64,000 bases of DNA, taken from positions 4,476 through 68,475 of the forward strand of contig JAEUVY010000127.1 of assembly GCA_016786565.1 (NCBI GenBank), in the 5' to 3' direction. The translations under genes were made by a program, and so were the position numbers. The stretch's first letter is position 1; the number at the start of each line of letters is the position of its first letter. Shown in pieces: positions 46,643 through 56,269 of this stretch. Source of the DNA: Flavipsychrobacter sp. Its GTDB lineage: Bacteria; Bacteroidota; Bacteroidia; Chitinophagales; Chitinophagaceae. The notes under the pieces are model-generated. The model had not been told where the DNA came from. It did not search any database and was given only the letters and a program-made list of their open reading frames with translations.

Positions 46643-47557
46643 TTATGCTGCGGCCTGCACTATGGCCACAATTCCTTTCGCATCATTTCTGCGTTTCCTC
46701 GCTCCCATTCTCACACCCACGCTATATATGTCACCATAGTAAGTAGGGTCTCCTATTCGCTCAAAGAAGGTGATCTGTCCCAGCGCGCGCTCCACCGCGC
46801 TCACCTGCCAGCACAACACACCGTCATTGTCGTCTGCTGCTGCCAGTGCTCCGTAGCTGTTCACTTCCGGCAGCGTCGTGTTATCGTAGCTCACCACACT
46901 TCCCCTCATCATAATGTTGAAACCGAACAAACGTCCCAACACACCGTCTTTCACATCATAGGCCGCACTGAAATCGCGGTACTGCGTCGCCGACATATCA
47001 TCTGTCAGTTGCTGAAACATGTCTGCGCTTATCAGGGCATACCTGCCTTCCATTGGTATGTTCTGCTTGTTCATCTGCAGTTGCGCGTGTTTCAGGTCAT
47101 TCACCGTCAGCTTCTTTCGGTTACCGGTCGTGTCATCAAGATGTGTCGCCGTCGATACACCTGTTGTTCTGATGATCGTTCCTGTCGCTCCCGTCGGGCT
47201 CCAGTCAATCAGCAGGTTCTCCGCTATCGTCTGCCTCAGCGACGACTCATATTCGGCAAGTATGCTTTCACGTTTGTTGTAGCTCAGTTCAAAACTCTCC
47301 GCATTCGGTATCAGTATCGGATCCGTTGTAAACTCGTCCAGCACATAGGTTACATCTGTGTCCGTCCGCTGCACTACTGTTGCCGGCACCGATGCCCTGT
47401 TCTTTACCACAGTCGCTGTTGCTCCTGCCTGCGGTATGTGCACTACTTTGCCCTGCAGCACATACTGACTTGCATCCGTCGACGCCAGCAGAAACTCATT
47501 GTTCTTGAATAGATTTCCCTCTATATGGTCCTGCCATATCTCTTTTTGAATTGCCAT
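46643..47557 (-). CDS. Major capsid protein (HK97-fold type)
   Basis: 304 aa. The N-terminus MAIQKEIWQDHIEGNLFKNNEFL..VHIPQAG..VVKNR..PATV..RTDTDVTYVLDEFTTDPI..ELSYNKR matches the remembered pattern of a capsid family common in Bacteroidota prophages. It follows the protease-scaffold gene. Confidence 0.78.
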   Translation of the reverse strand: MAIQKEIWQDHIEGNLFKNNEFLLASTDASQYVLQGKVVHIPQAGATATVVKNRASVPATVVQRTDTDVTYVLDEFTTDPILIPNAESFELSYNKRESILAEYESSLRQTIAENLLIDWSPTGATGTIIRTTGVSTATHLDDTTGNRKKLTVNDLKHAQLQMNKQNIPMEGRYALISADMFQQLTDDMSATQYRDFSAAYDVKDGVLGRLFGFNIMMRGSVVSYDNTTLPEVNSYGALAAADDNDGVLCWQVSAVERALGQITFFERIGDPTYYGDIYSVGVRMGARKRRNDAKGIVAIVQAAA

Positions 47558-47673
47558 CTTTTTTTATGATTGTTTGGTGATAGAATTTTATCTCATTACA
47601 GCACACGCAGTGCCTGGCACGCTCGTGCATTCAGTTTCTTCCCGTAGATGTTGGTGTTGGTATTTTATTTCGC

Positions 47674-48666
47674 TCAGGCGTTGAATTTGTTGTTAAACAA
47701 CTCCTGATATTTTGCGCCGTCGGTCGCGCGCAATTCCATTAACTTCTTACCACTGGGGTCATTGCGTTCATAGTCGTCCCAGGTCCATTCAGCAACATTG
47801 CCTTCCGCTCTCGGTTGGCTCAGTTGTTCCGCTATAGATCGGTAAGCAGGCATTGCAGCCAGTAGTGTTCTTAGTCCTTCCGGGTTGCCCGCATAGTCAG
47901 CAGCCAGACGGTCTCGCAATTCCACCGTCACCTTCTTGTCTTCCAGTGCCCTCACCAGCATCGATTGCACTTCGGCCTTCATTCGGCTCGTTTGTATTTC
48001 CTCCAGTGTCGCGGTTAGTCGGCTCCTTTCTTCATACAGTAATTGATTCTCTGCTTCCAGCTGTGTCGCTTTCAGTGCCAGTTGCTCCACTGCCTTTCCT
48101 ATTTGTAGTGCGTCACTTGTCTTTTCCATTTTCAGGTGAACGGCCATTGTCGCCAGCAACTCATTGTTCCCTATTGTATAGATCGACTTGTTGCCGCTCA
48201 TGTCCGCCAGATTCATTTCGTTTTCATTGGCGTCATACAATTGGGTCAGCGCATTGCAGTTGCCTGGTATATCCACCAAACTGCACTCTTTGTTATACCA
48301 TCTTGTTATCGTTGGTCCGGTTTGGCCAGGCAGCATCAGTTCTTTGTCCAGGCTATACTCCAGTACCACTATGTGTCCCACCGATGCAGCGTTCAGGAAA
48401 CCGTTTTCCACTTCCTGCAATGTCTGCTCACCTCTCGCGTTCACCAGATTTATCACCGGCACACCCAGCAACTGGTCTCCTTCTACCCGCAGGTCTTCCC
48501 ACTTCAGCACTATGCCGTCCTCACGCTTGTGCATATAATATCCTATGGGGTTCTTCCTGAATGATTCGATCTCGTAACCCGATGTCAATAATCTGAACCC
48601 ATATTCGTTCACACTGCTGTCCGAGAGTACATAACTCCGCTCTGCTTTCTTCAATTTGTCGGTCAT
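47674..48666 (-). CDS. Prohead protease fused to a scaffold-like coiled-coil domain
   Basis: Start taken at MTDKLKK (ATG 48666). The N-terminal half has the HK97-type protease pattern (..NPIGYYMHKREDG.. and ..GFLNAASVGHIV..). The C-terminal half is coiled-coil (..LEAENQLLYEERSRLTATLEEIQ..). Confidence 0.75.
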   Translation of the reverse strand: MTDKLKKAERSYVLSDSSVNEYGFRLLTSGYEIESFRKNPIGYYMHKREDGIVLKWEDLRVEGDQLLGVPVINLVNARGEQTLQEVENGFLNAASVGHIVVLEYSLDKELMLPGQTGPTITRWYNKECSLVDIPGNCNALTQLYDANENEMNLADMSGNKSIYTIGNNELLATMAVHLKMEKTSDALQIGKAVEQLALKATQLEAENQLLYEERSRLTATLEEIQTSRMKAEVQSMLVRALEDKKVTVELRDRLAADYAGNPEGLRTLLAAMPAYRSIAEQLSQPRAEGNVAEWTWDDYERNDPSGKKLMELRATDGAKYQELFNNKFNA

Positions 48667-48969
48667 GATAGGGATTTGGTTGTTTTGTGACACAAAGGTC
48701 ATTCGCATTCCGGTGCCCCGCAAATCACGTTTCTGTCATTCGCATCTATTGCCATACCGTTGGCTGTCTGCTGCTTATCATAGATTTATTTCCGCTCCCA
48801 ATCCGTTCATACTCAGTCAGCTTACACATTTCATTCTGCCTGGCACCTCACATGTTCCACATTCTTTCGTTTGCAGCCGATCCTCCTACTCATATTAACG
48901 CAATTTTTGCTGAATATCCCCCGCCTGCACGCCCTCATGGTTCACGCAGAAATAATATCTTTGTTCCTT

Positions 48970-49995
48970 ATGGCATCCTTACAGGAACAAATTCTGCCCT
49001 ACGAGCAGGAAATTAATGCTTTCAACCCCGCAAACGCCGCCGACCTCGAGCAATTTCGCATCAGGTTCCTCGGCACAAAGGGTATTGTCAAACTGTTGGC
49101 AAATGAAATGAAGAACGTCCCGCCGGAAGGACGTAAAGAAGCCGGCATGTTGCTCAATTCATTCAAACAACTTGCCGAGGCCCGCTACGAGCAGTTCGCC
49201 CATCTCAAAGACGAGGGCAACGCCAACGCTGCGGCAATAGATACAAGCCTACCGGGTGCGGCACTGCCTATCGGCACTCGCCACCCGCTGCGCATTGTCG
49301 AGAACCGCATTGTCGATATTTTCAGCAAGATCGGTTTCAGTGTAGCTACCGGCCCCGAGATCGAGGACGACTGGCACAACTTTACGTCACTCAACATGCC
49401 CGAGAATCACACAGCTCGCGACATGCAGGACACGTTCTACGTGGCGCAGAACCCCGACTGGGTATTGCGTACCCATACGTCTTCCGTACAGGCGCGCATC
49501 CTCGAGACCACTCCGCTTCCGGTTCGTGTCATTTGTCCCGGCCGTGTTTATCGCAACGAAACCATATCTGCTCGTGCGCACTGCTTCTTCCATCAGTTCG
49601 AAGGACTGTACGTAGATAAGAAGGTGTCTTTCGCCGACCTCAAGCAAACGCTCTATTATTTCGTTACAGAGATGTTCGGCCCCGATACCAAGGTGCGCTT
49701 CCGCCCTTCCTACTTCCCGTTCACCGAGCCAAGCGCTGAAATGGATATCTCATGTACTGTATGTGGCGGTTCAGGCTGTAGCCTGTGCAAGCATACCGGC
49801 TGGGTCGAGATCCTCGGCTGCGGCATGGTGCACCCCAACCTCCTGCGCAATTTCGGTATCGACCCCGAGGTTTATTCCGGTTTCGCGTTCGGCATGGGTG
49901 TAGAACGTATCACACAGATCAAATATCAGGTGAACGATCTCCGTCTCTATTCTCAGAACGACGTTCGCTTCCTCCGGCAGTTCCAAGGGTTGTGA
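48970..49995 (+). CDS. pheS: Phenylalanine--tRNA ligase alpha subunit
   Basis: ..FRIRFLGTKG.., ..HPL.., ..RTHTSSVQAR.., ..FHQFEGL.., ..FTEPSAEMD.., ..GFAFGMGVERI.. are class II aaRS PheS motifs. Start taken at ATG 48970. Confidence 0.96.
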   Translation: MASLQEQILPYEQEINAFNPANAADLEQFRIRFLGTKGIVKLLANEMKNVPPEGRKEAGMLLNSFKQLAEARYEQFAHLKDEGNANAAAIDTSLPGAALPIGTRHPLRIVENRIVDIFSKIGFSVATGPEIEDDWHNFTSLNMPENHTARDMQDTFYVAQNPDWVLRTHTSSVQARILETTPLPVRVICPGRVYRNETISARAHCFFHQFEGLYVDKKVSFADLKQTLYYFVTEMFGPDTKVRFRPSYFPFTEPSAEMDISCTVCGGSGCSLCKHTGWVEILGCGMVHPNLLRNFGIDPEVYSGFAFGMGVERITQIKYQVNDLRLYSQNDVRFLRQFQGL

Positions 49996-50016
49996 CGACA
50001 CTAAATATCATTCCAT

Positions 50017-50052
50017 AAAAAAGGAGCCACTACAGTACAGTGGCTCCTTTTT
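50017..50052. terminator. Bidirectional rho-independent terminator between pheS and radA
   Basis: AAAAAA-GGAGCCACT-ACAGTAC-AGTGGCTCC-TTTTT. Confidence 0.85.
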
Positions 50053-50096
50053 CGTTTTCTAAATATTCTCTCGACAGTAACCGAAAAGGAATTACA

Positions 50097-51476
50097 TCAT
50101 GCAAAAAGCAATTTGTACACATCCTCCACCTTGTTCACCATCTTTATCTCGATCTTGTAGTTTTTCCTGTCCAGCCCCTTTGCATTCGCTTTTGGTATAA
50201 ATATTACATCCATACCCAATTTGTCTGCCTCGGCTATCCGCTGCTCTATCCTGTTCACAGCCCTTATCTCTCCGCTCAACCCTACCTCACCTACCAGACA
50301 GACATTAGATGGCAACGTTTTATCTTCATAAGACGATAATAATGAACACACTACCGCCAACTCTATCGATGGATCCTCTATTTTCAGTCCACCCGCTATG
50401 TTCACAAACACATCTTTAGCCCCAAAATGGAACCCACCCCGTTTTTCCAGCACCGCCAGCAGCAACTGCAGCCGTCTCAGGTCCATGCCGCTCACCGTTC
50501 TTTGCGGCGTTCCATACACGGCAGTCGTCACCAGGGCCTGCACTTCTATCATCAGCGGCCTCGATGCCTCCATCGTTGCTGCTATAGCTATACCGCTCAG
50601 CGGCTCGTCATGTTGAGATAATAAAATTTCAGATGGGTTCGTCACTGCGCGCATTCCCTGCTGCACCATCTCATAAATACCCAGTTCCGCCGTCGATCCG
50701 AACCTGTTTTTCAGTGTCCGCAGTATCCGGTAGGCATAATGTCGGTCTCCTTCAAACTGCAGAACCGTGTCCACCATATGCTCCAATACCTTCGGTCCCG
50801 CTATAGATCCGTCCTTCGTTATGTGACCAATTATGAACACCGGTATGTTCGATGTCTTCGCAAATCGTTGCAGCTCAGCGGCACACTCCCTCACCTGCGA
50901 CACACTGCCCGCCGCCGACTCCACATACGGCGACTCCAGCGTCTGTATAGAATCTATGATCAATACCTGCGGCTTCACCTTTTTCACTTCGTTAAAGATC
51001 GTCGCTGTGTCTGTCGCCGTCAGCAGGTACAGATTATTGTTGGTCACTCCCAGTCGCTCCGCACGCAACTTTATTTGTTGTGCGCTTTCCTCTCCCGATA
51101 CATATAGTGTCCTTATCGATTTCCATTGCAATGCGCATTGCAGAAACAAGGTACTCTTTCCTATGCCCGGGTCGCCCGCCACCAGTATCACCGATCCCGG
51201 CACCACACCGCCACCCAACACTCGGTTAAGCTCTGTATCCGGCGCTGGTAGCCGCCTTTCCTCTACTTGCTCTATTTCATCCAGCTTATGCGCCTTGTTT
51301 TTTTCTTTGTTGTCTCCGTCCTCCCAACCCTGCACATCTCCTCGTTTCTTTTCATCGCGCTGCACCACTTCTTCCACAAACGAATTCCATGTACCGCACG
51401 ACGGACACTTACCCGTCCATTTCGGTGTCTCATATCCGCATTGCTGACAGAAGAATGCTGATTTTATTTTTGCCAT
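50097..51476 (-). CDS. radA: DNA repair protein RadA/Sms
   Basis: N-terminal zinc ribbon FFCQQCGYETPKWTGKCPSCGTWNSF. Walker A GDPGIGKST. KNRFG motif. Lon-like C-terminal domain. Confidence 0.97.
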   Translation of the reverse strand: MAKIKSAFFCQQCGYETPKWTGKCPSCGTWNSFVEEVVQRDEKKRGDVQGWEDGDNKEKNKAHKLDEIEQVEERRLPAPDTELNRVLGGGVVPGSVILVAGDPGIGKSTLFLQCALQWKSIRTLYVSGEESAQQIKLRAERLGVTNNNLYLLTATDTATIFNEVKKVKPQVLIIDSIQTLESPYVESAAGSVSQVRECAAELQRFAKTSNIPVFIIGHITKDGSIAGPKVLEHMVDTVLQFEGDRHYAYRILRTLKNRFGSTAELGIYEMVQQGMRAVTNPSEILLSQHDEPLSGIAIAATMEASRPLMIEVQALVTTAVYGTPQRTVSGMDLRRLQLLLAVLEKRGGFHFGAKDVFVNIAGGLKIEDPSIELAVVCSLLSSYEDKTLPSNVCLVGEVGLSGEIRAVNRIEQRIAEADKLGMDVIFIPKANAKGLDRKNYKIEIKMVNKVEDVYKLLFA

Positions 51477-52100
51477 CGTTCGTTAAAGATACAACTTCAC
51501 CTACCGCCCGCACGACAGTTACGCCTTTACGATATCCACATTTTTTCATGCAGACCATAATTTACATTTTTCAGGAAATGAGATGCAGACCCTTCAAAAA
51601 TTTTCAGCGCGGCTTCATGCCATCGGGTGGTGGGGAGAAAAAGAATGGAACTCTTCGGACAACTTCCCCGGGGCTTGGGGTACCCCTAAAAACAGAGCCG
51701 CCGGAAGAATCCGGCAGCTCTTACTTACTAACCCATTAAATTCACAACTTGATGCAAATATACTACCGGTGGGGGTAGCAAAAAAATGGAATTGCAAACC
51801 GCCTCCATCAGTTTTATAGATATAGTCGGAAATTAATATCCCACGACAGTCACACCCAACTATTTGCTGCTTTTTTCTGCTAAATGGCCTCCTTTTTGTC
51901 ATTTTCTCTTCCCCAATAGCCACATTTCGTCAATACTAATATGAAATGGAGCAAACGAAACATTTACAATAATTTCATTCGTTTCGCCAAATAACGGATT
52001 TCTCCATGTCTTCCGCGCCGTTTTCTAACAATTATTATACCTGCGGGCTTACATCAATAACCTAAATTTGCTTGCCTCATTCAAGGCAGGTTTCAAAATT

Positions 52101-53831
52101 ATGAACGCAACATTCCAACCACTTCCGGTTAAAGAAAGGACTTTCCTCCCCAAAGACTTCACAGTCACCAATTGGGATACACTCAAACCATACTACGACG
52201 AACTCACCGAAAGAGAGATAACCTCTCCTTCCCAACTCGCTACCTGGCTCAGCAACATCTCCGAGCTCGAAGCAGTCATCAGCGAAGACGCTTGTTGGCG
52301 TCAGATAAAAATGACGTGCGACACAACCAACAAGGAAATTGAAGAAGCCTTCACTTTCTTCTGCATGGAGATCGAACCCAAGATCAAACCTTACACGTTT
52401 GCGCTCAACAAAAAACTCCTCGCCTGTCCGTTCGTCAAAGAACTCGATCCCGCCATGTACTTCCCCTACCTGCGCGGCGTAGAGAATGCGGCTCAATTGT
52501 ACCGCGAAGAGAACGTCGCGCTTCAGGCCGACCTCAATCTCCTCGCACAACAATACGGTGTCATCTCCGGTGCCATGAGTGTCGAGATCGACGGTAAGGA
52601 ATACACGCTGCAGCAGGCAGCCAAATTCCTGCAGAACCCCGAGCGCGATCTCAGGCAATCTGTATTTACAAAAGTGGCCGGTCGTCGTCTGGTTGATAAA
52701 GACAAACTCAACGAACTTTTCGATAAGCTCCTTTCCATTCGCCATCAGGTGGCCCGCAATGCCGGCTTTGATAACTACCGCGATTACAAATTCCGCGAAC
52801 TCGGTCGCTTCGACTATTCTGTCGAAGACTGTTTCGAATTCCACAAAGCAGTAAAAGAACACATCGTTCCGTTGCATGCCATGCTCGTTCGCAACCGGCA
52901 GCAGCGCCTCGGCGTCGATGTCATGCGCCCTTGGGATGGCGACGCCGAACCAAAAGGTACGCAGCCACTCCATCCTTTTACATCAGGAAAAGAGCTCGCA
53001 GAAAAAACCGTTGAGACCTTCAGTCGCCTGTCACCGTTCTTCAGCAACTGCCTCACTACCATGCAGGGCATGGAGCGTCTCGACCTCGAAAGCCGCAAAG
53101 GCAAGGCGCCGGGTGGCTACAACTGTCCGCTCGCCGAGACAGGAGTGCCGTTCATCTTCATGAATGCTGCCGGGACCATGGGCGATGTCATCACCATGAT
53201 GCACGAAGGCGGTCACGCTATCCACTCATTCCTCTCTCATCCGCTCCCGCTCACCGCGTTCAAAGAATATCCTATGGAGATCGCCGAACTCGCCAGCATG
53301 AGTATGGAGCTGTTCTCTATGGAACATTGGGATGTCTTCTTCAAAGATCAGACCGAACTCCACCGCGCACAACTCGAAGAGATGGAACGCATCATCTCGG
53401 TCCTTCCGTGGATCGCCACTATCGATAAGTTCCAGCATTGGCTCTATACCAATCCGGGTCACTCCGTTCAGCAACGCGAAGAACAATGGCTCGCCATACT
53501 CGACGAGTTCGCTACCGGCATCACCGACTGGTCCGGCTTCGACGAATACCGCCGCAACCTCTGGCAGAAACAATTGCACCTTTTCGAAGTTCCGTTCTAT
53601 TATATCGAATACGGAATCGCCCAGCTTGGCGCCATCGCCATGTGGCGGCAGTACCGCGGCAACAAACAACAGGCATTACAGAACTATCAGAACGCGCTCA
53701 GCCTCGGCTACACCAAAACACTAAAAGAATTATACGCTACCGCAGGCATCCGTTTCGACTTCTCACCGGCCTACATCAAAGAACTTTCAGATTTTGTAAC
53801 TCCTTTGTTGAAAGAGATGGGTGTAAAATAG
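52101..53831 (+). CDS. M3-family oligoendopeptidase (PepF-like)
   Basis: Zinc motif MMHEGGHAIH (HExxH). Size about 577 aa. Start taken at ATG 52101. Confidence 0.88.
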   Translation: MNATFQPLPVKERTFLPKDFTVTNWDTLKPYYDELTEREITSPSQLATWLSNISELEAVISEDACWRQIKMTCDTTNKEIEEAFTFFCMEIEPKIKPYTFALNKKLLACPFVKELDPAMYFPYLRGVENAAQLYREENVALQADLNLLAQQYGVISGAMSVEIDGKEYTLQQAAKFLQNPERDLRQSVFTKVAGRRLVDKDKLNELFDKLLSIRHQVARNAGFDNYRDYKFRELGRFDYSVEDCFEFHKAVKEHIVPLHAMLVRNRQQRLGVDVMRPWDGDAEPKGTQPLHPFTSGKELAEKTVETFSRLSPFFSNCLTTMQGMERLDLESRKGKAPGGYNCPLAETGVPFIFMNAAGTMGDVITMMHEGGHAIHSFLSHPLPLTAFKEYPMEIAELASMSMELFSMEHWDVFFKDQTELHRAQLEEMERIISVLPWIATIDKFQHWLYTNPGHSVQQREEQWLAILDEFATGITDWSGFDEYRRNLWQKQLHLFEVPFYYIEYGIAQLGAIAMWRQYRGNKQQALQNYQNALSLGYTKTLKELYATAGIRFDFSPAYIKELSDFVTPLLKEMGVK

Positions 53832-53864
53832 CCCGTTTACAGTATCCTATATTTCCAATAACTT

Positions 53865-53907
53865 AAAAAGCCTGCCAACTGTATAGTATCAGTTGACAGG
53901 CTTTTTT
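53865..53907. terminator. Bidirectional rho-independent terminator
   Basis: AAAAA-GCCTGCCAACTG-TATAGTAT-CAGTTGACAGGC-TTTTTT, lying between convergent genes. Confidence 0.85.
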
Positions 53908-53950
53908 GAATTCAAAGGTTTTCTTCTTCTTCAAGTAGAAATATCAGCCA

Positions 53951-54589
53951 CTAGTTGTTCAACAATTTCGCTGTTGCAATATCTACTCCGTCTATAGAAA
54001 TGTGCATATTATCTACCCACGCTCTTCCTGTACCAAATATCTGTGCCCCTGCTAATATATGCTGTGCGTTCTTACCATCGTAGTTCAGCTCAATGGTATA
54101 TTCCGTCCAGTCAGTAGTACCCTTTGCCGCGGTTTTCGCCATATTGTCAAATGCCAGAACTGAATCCTGTCCATCTATACGAAACCATAATCCTGCCCAT
54201 CCCCTCACATCTTCTGTTTTCAGGTAGCCGGTCAGCTTTATCTTTTGTCCGTTAAATCGTTCATCTATTATGGTCTTTGTCACAGTCCACCCCAGCACCC
54301 CGTTCCTTTCCAGCAATATAGAGCTTCGCCCATGCTGCTTCACCACCGTATCCGTATGACATATCTTCATCAGACTATCTACAGATATAGTTGTATCTCT
54401 TGGATGGCGGGGTATCCAGCGCTCCGGCATATTATTACTTCCCGGCGTTTCCATATCCAGGTTATAGTTTACCCTGGTCTGCAAAGGCTCACTTTCTTTC
54501 ACATGTTTCTTTCCGTGGAGAAAGCAACCGGTCATCGCTATAGCTAAACCGGCAATTATTGCAAATAATAGTACGTTTTGTTTTTTCAT
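53951..54589 (-). CDS. Lipoprotein with beta-sandwich (CBM-like) domain, function unknown
   Basis: Start taken at MKKQNVLLFAIIAGLAIAMTGCF (lipobox). Confidence 0.6.
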   Translation of the reverse strand: MKKQNVLLFAIIAGLAIAMTGCFLHGKKHVKESEPLQTRVNYNLDMETPGSNNMPERWIPRHPRDTTISVDSLMKICHTDTVVKQHGRSSILLERNGVLGWTVTKTIIDERFNGQKIKLTGYLKTEDVRGWAGLWFRIDGQDSVLAFDNMAKTAAKGTTDWTEYTIELNYDGKNAQHILAGAQIFGTGRAWVDNMHISIDGVDIATAKLLNN

Positions 54590-54949
54590 ACGGTGCGTAT
54601 TCTGTGTAAGATACTTAATAACGCGCTGCACGGGTATGATAAGATTGTCATCACGGCAGCATCTGTTATTCATCACTCATCAAAACTCAAGTTAGCTGGT
54701 GTTGCTTGCATAGGCAATTCCTTGCCTGTTACCGGCACTGTAACATTTACTACCTCAAACTTAATGTCATCAAACCATATTGTACCGGTGCCACTCAGCA
54801 AAGCACCATATCCTAAACCGGTAGCATTTTCAGGCACATTCCGACTTCGTTACACCCATCCTCAAAGAAATGGGGGTGAAGTAATTTGCTACTTAACATA
54901 ATGGCATTGGGGGAATGGGCACTTCACTCATTCCCCATTTTTTTGGGTG

Positions 54950-56263
54950 TCACCTTCCCTTCATCGACATGCTATGTAAAAACAATTCATACGCCTGGCG
55001 CCATCCTGTCCATTCCGCATCTGTGCCCAACGAAAAATTATGGAATACCGTGATCAGCTTGCTGCCGGTTTGCTCCAATACCTTACGCATCGCTTCCAGC
55101 CTTTCAAACGCCTGCTGTGTTGTCAGACCCGCTTCGTAGTGAGCGGTGGTGTCCATAAAACAGAAAGGGAACACCCTCAGATTGGTTTTCTTTTCTTGCT
55201 CAAGGTCATACCACATAAACGAACTTCCCGTTCCCGACCTGAAACCCAGGTGCGTACCATATCCCATACTATAGTCCTCTCTTATCCCCTCTGCAATTAG
55301 CCTTCGGTATGTCTGCGGCAGCACAGCGCGTATATAGTGCTGTCTCGATATCGCAGTGCTCTTCCCCGCCACAGTCTCCAGCACACCCCGCTCCGCCCGC
55401 ATCACACTTCCTTCGCCCGAGTAGTACGACGGATGTATCCCTATTATCCCCTCCTTAGCCAGGTTCTTGATCACGCGCACCATCGCCGGATGTTCAGGAT
55501 GTATGTTCTTATCAAACTTCGTCGTGCGCAGCGTCGACAGTACAAAATACGTCGGAATGAATCCATACTCTTTGTGCACCTGCCTCAGCCACCTGAACGA
55601 ATCATACGGATCCTTCTGCTTTTTCTTCAGTACCTGCGCCCGCAATCCTATCTCTTTCAGATTACCCGCCGCCAACGCTCTCAAAAAAGCACCCGCTATT
55701 CTCTTCGCACCCTTGTGCAGGTGCGCGTATGCCATATCTATATCATAGGTCGGCCTGAATACAAATTGCATTTCCGGTAGCTCCACGCTCCATCGCTTAA
55801 GCAATTCCTTTCTCAATGCATGCACCCACTCATCTACTATTGGTCGTTGCAGCCATCCGTTTTTGGTCAGTACACTTTCCGTCGCCGGATACCTGCCGTG
55901 TTTGTCCGGCACATATCCGCCATACTCCTCATATCGTGTTATCAGAAAAAAAATAGCAGAGAAAATATCAAAGGGCACGGTGTACCCATCTTCACTCATT
56001 GCGAATAGGGTAGGCAACTGCCCCCAACTACCCACCGCGGGTTTCACTGCGGCGGTACCCGTTTGCTGCAACAGACCTGCAACGGGCACACAGAACTTGC
56101 CCGCTTGCGGTATACCATAATACACAGCATACTCACTCGCATCTGCTTCCTCCTTGTTATCGGTAATGTGCACGTCCAGTTGCAGTCGTTCTTTTATCAG
56201 CCATCCGGTCACATACCTGAGACGCTCATTCACAAACGGACTATATACAACCACGGTCGCCAT
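54950..56263 (-). CDS. Conserved hypothetical protein (possibly polysaccharide deacetylase-like)
   Basis: 437-aa ORF with normal composition. The family call rests only on a remembered resemblance of the N-terminus (..VYSPFVNERLRYV..) to Bacteroidota proteins annotated this way. Confidence 0.45.
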   Translation of the reverse strand: MATVVVYSPFVNERLRYVTGWLIKERLQLDVHITDNKEEADASEYAVYYGIPQAGKFCVPVAGLLQQTGTAAVKPAVGSWGQLPTLFAMSEDGYTVPFDIFSAIFFLITRYEEYGGYVPDKHGRYPATESVLTKNGWLQRPIVDEWVHALRKELLKRWSVELPEMQFVFRPTYDIDMAYAHLHKGAKRIAGAFLRALAAGNLKEIGLRAQVLKKKQKDPYDSFRWLRQVHKEYGFIPTYFVLSTLRTTKFDKNIHPEHPAMVRVIKNLAKEGIIGIHPSYYSGEGSVMRAERGVLETVAGKSTAISRQHYIRAVLPQTYRRLIAEGIREDYSMGYGTHLGFRSGTGSSFMWYDLEQEKKTNLRVFPFCFMDTTAHYEAGLTTQQAFERLEAMRKVLEQTGSKLITVFHNFSLGTDAEWTGWRQAYELFLHSMSMKGR

Positions 56264-56269
56264 GTGTTT

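Larger units (their letters stand above)
36806..48723 (-). mobile_element. Phage-like (myovirus-type) morphogenesis gene cluster: prophage remnant or domesticated particle locus
   Basis: Sixteen or seventeen co-directional, tightly packed minus-strand genes in canonical order: protease-scaffold, major capsid, sheath, tube, chaperone, tape-measure-like, hub/spike/baseplate, fibre. No terminase, portal, integrase, repressor or lysis genes, and no att-like repeats at either edge. Confidence 0.8.

Noticed and set aside
36806-48723. Stop-codon (TAG) reassignment across the phage-like cluster, as in some recoded Bacteroidota phages.
   Set aside because: Only one in-frame TAG was found (37562-37564). 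TAG ends at least three cluster genes at sensible lengths (36806, 38206, 43852). A single nonsense mutation or local readthrough is the simpler explanation.
51477-52100. The 620-bp intergenic region between radA and the M3 peptidase gene contains small hairpins (GCCGCCGGAAGAATCCGGCAGC near 51690-51712 and GCAAACGAAA..TTCGTTTCGC near 51950-51990). This raised the possibility of a riboswitch or sRNA.
   Set aside because: I recognise no known riboswitch core or conserved motif. The track ORFs here (51389-51739, 51583-51819, 51615-51923) have poor composition. The evidence is too thin to call a feature without expression or conservation data.
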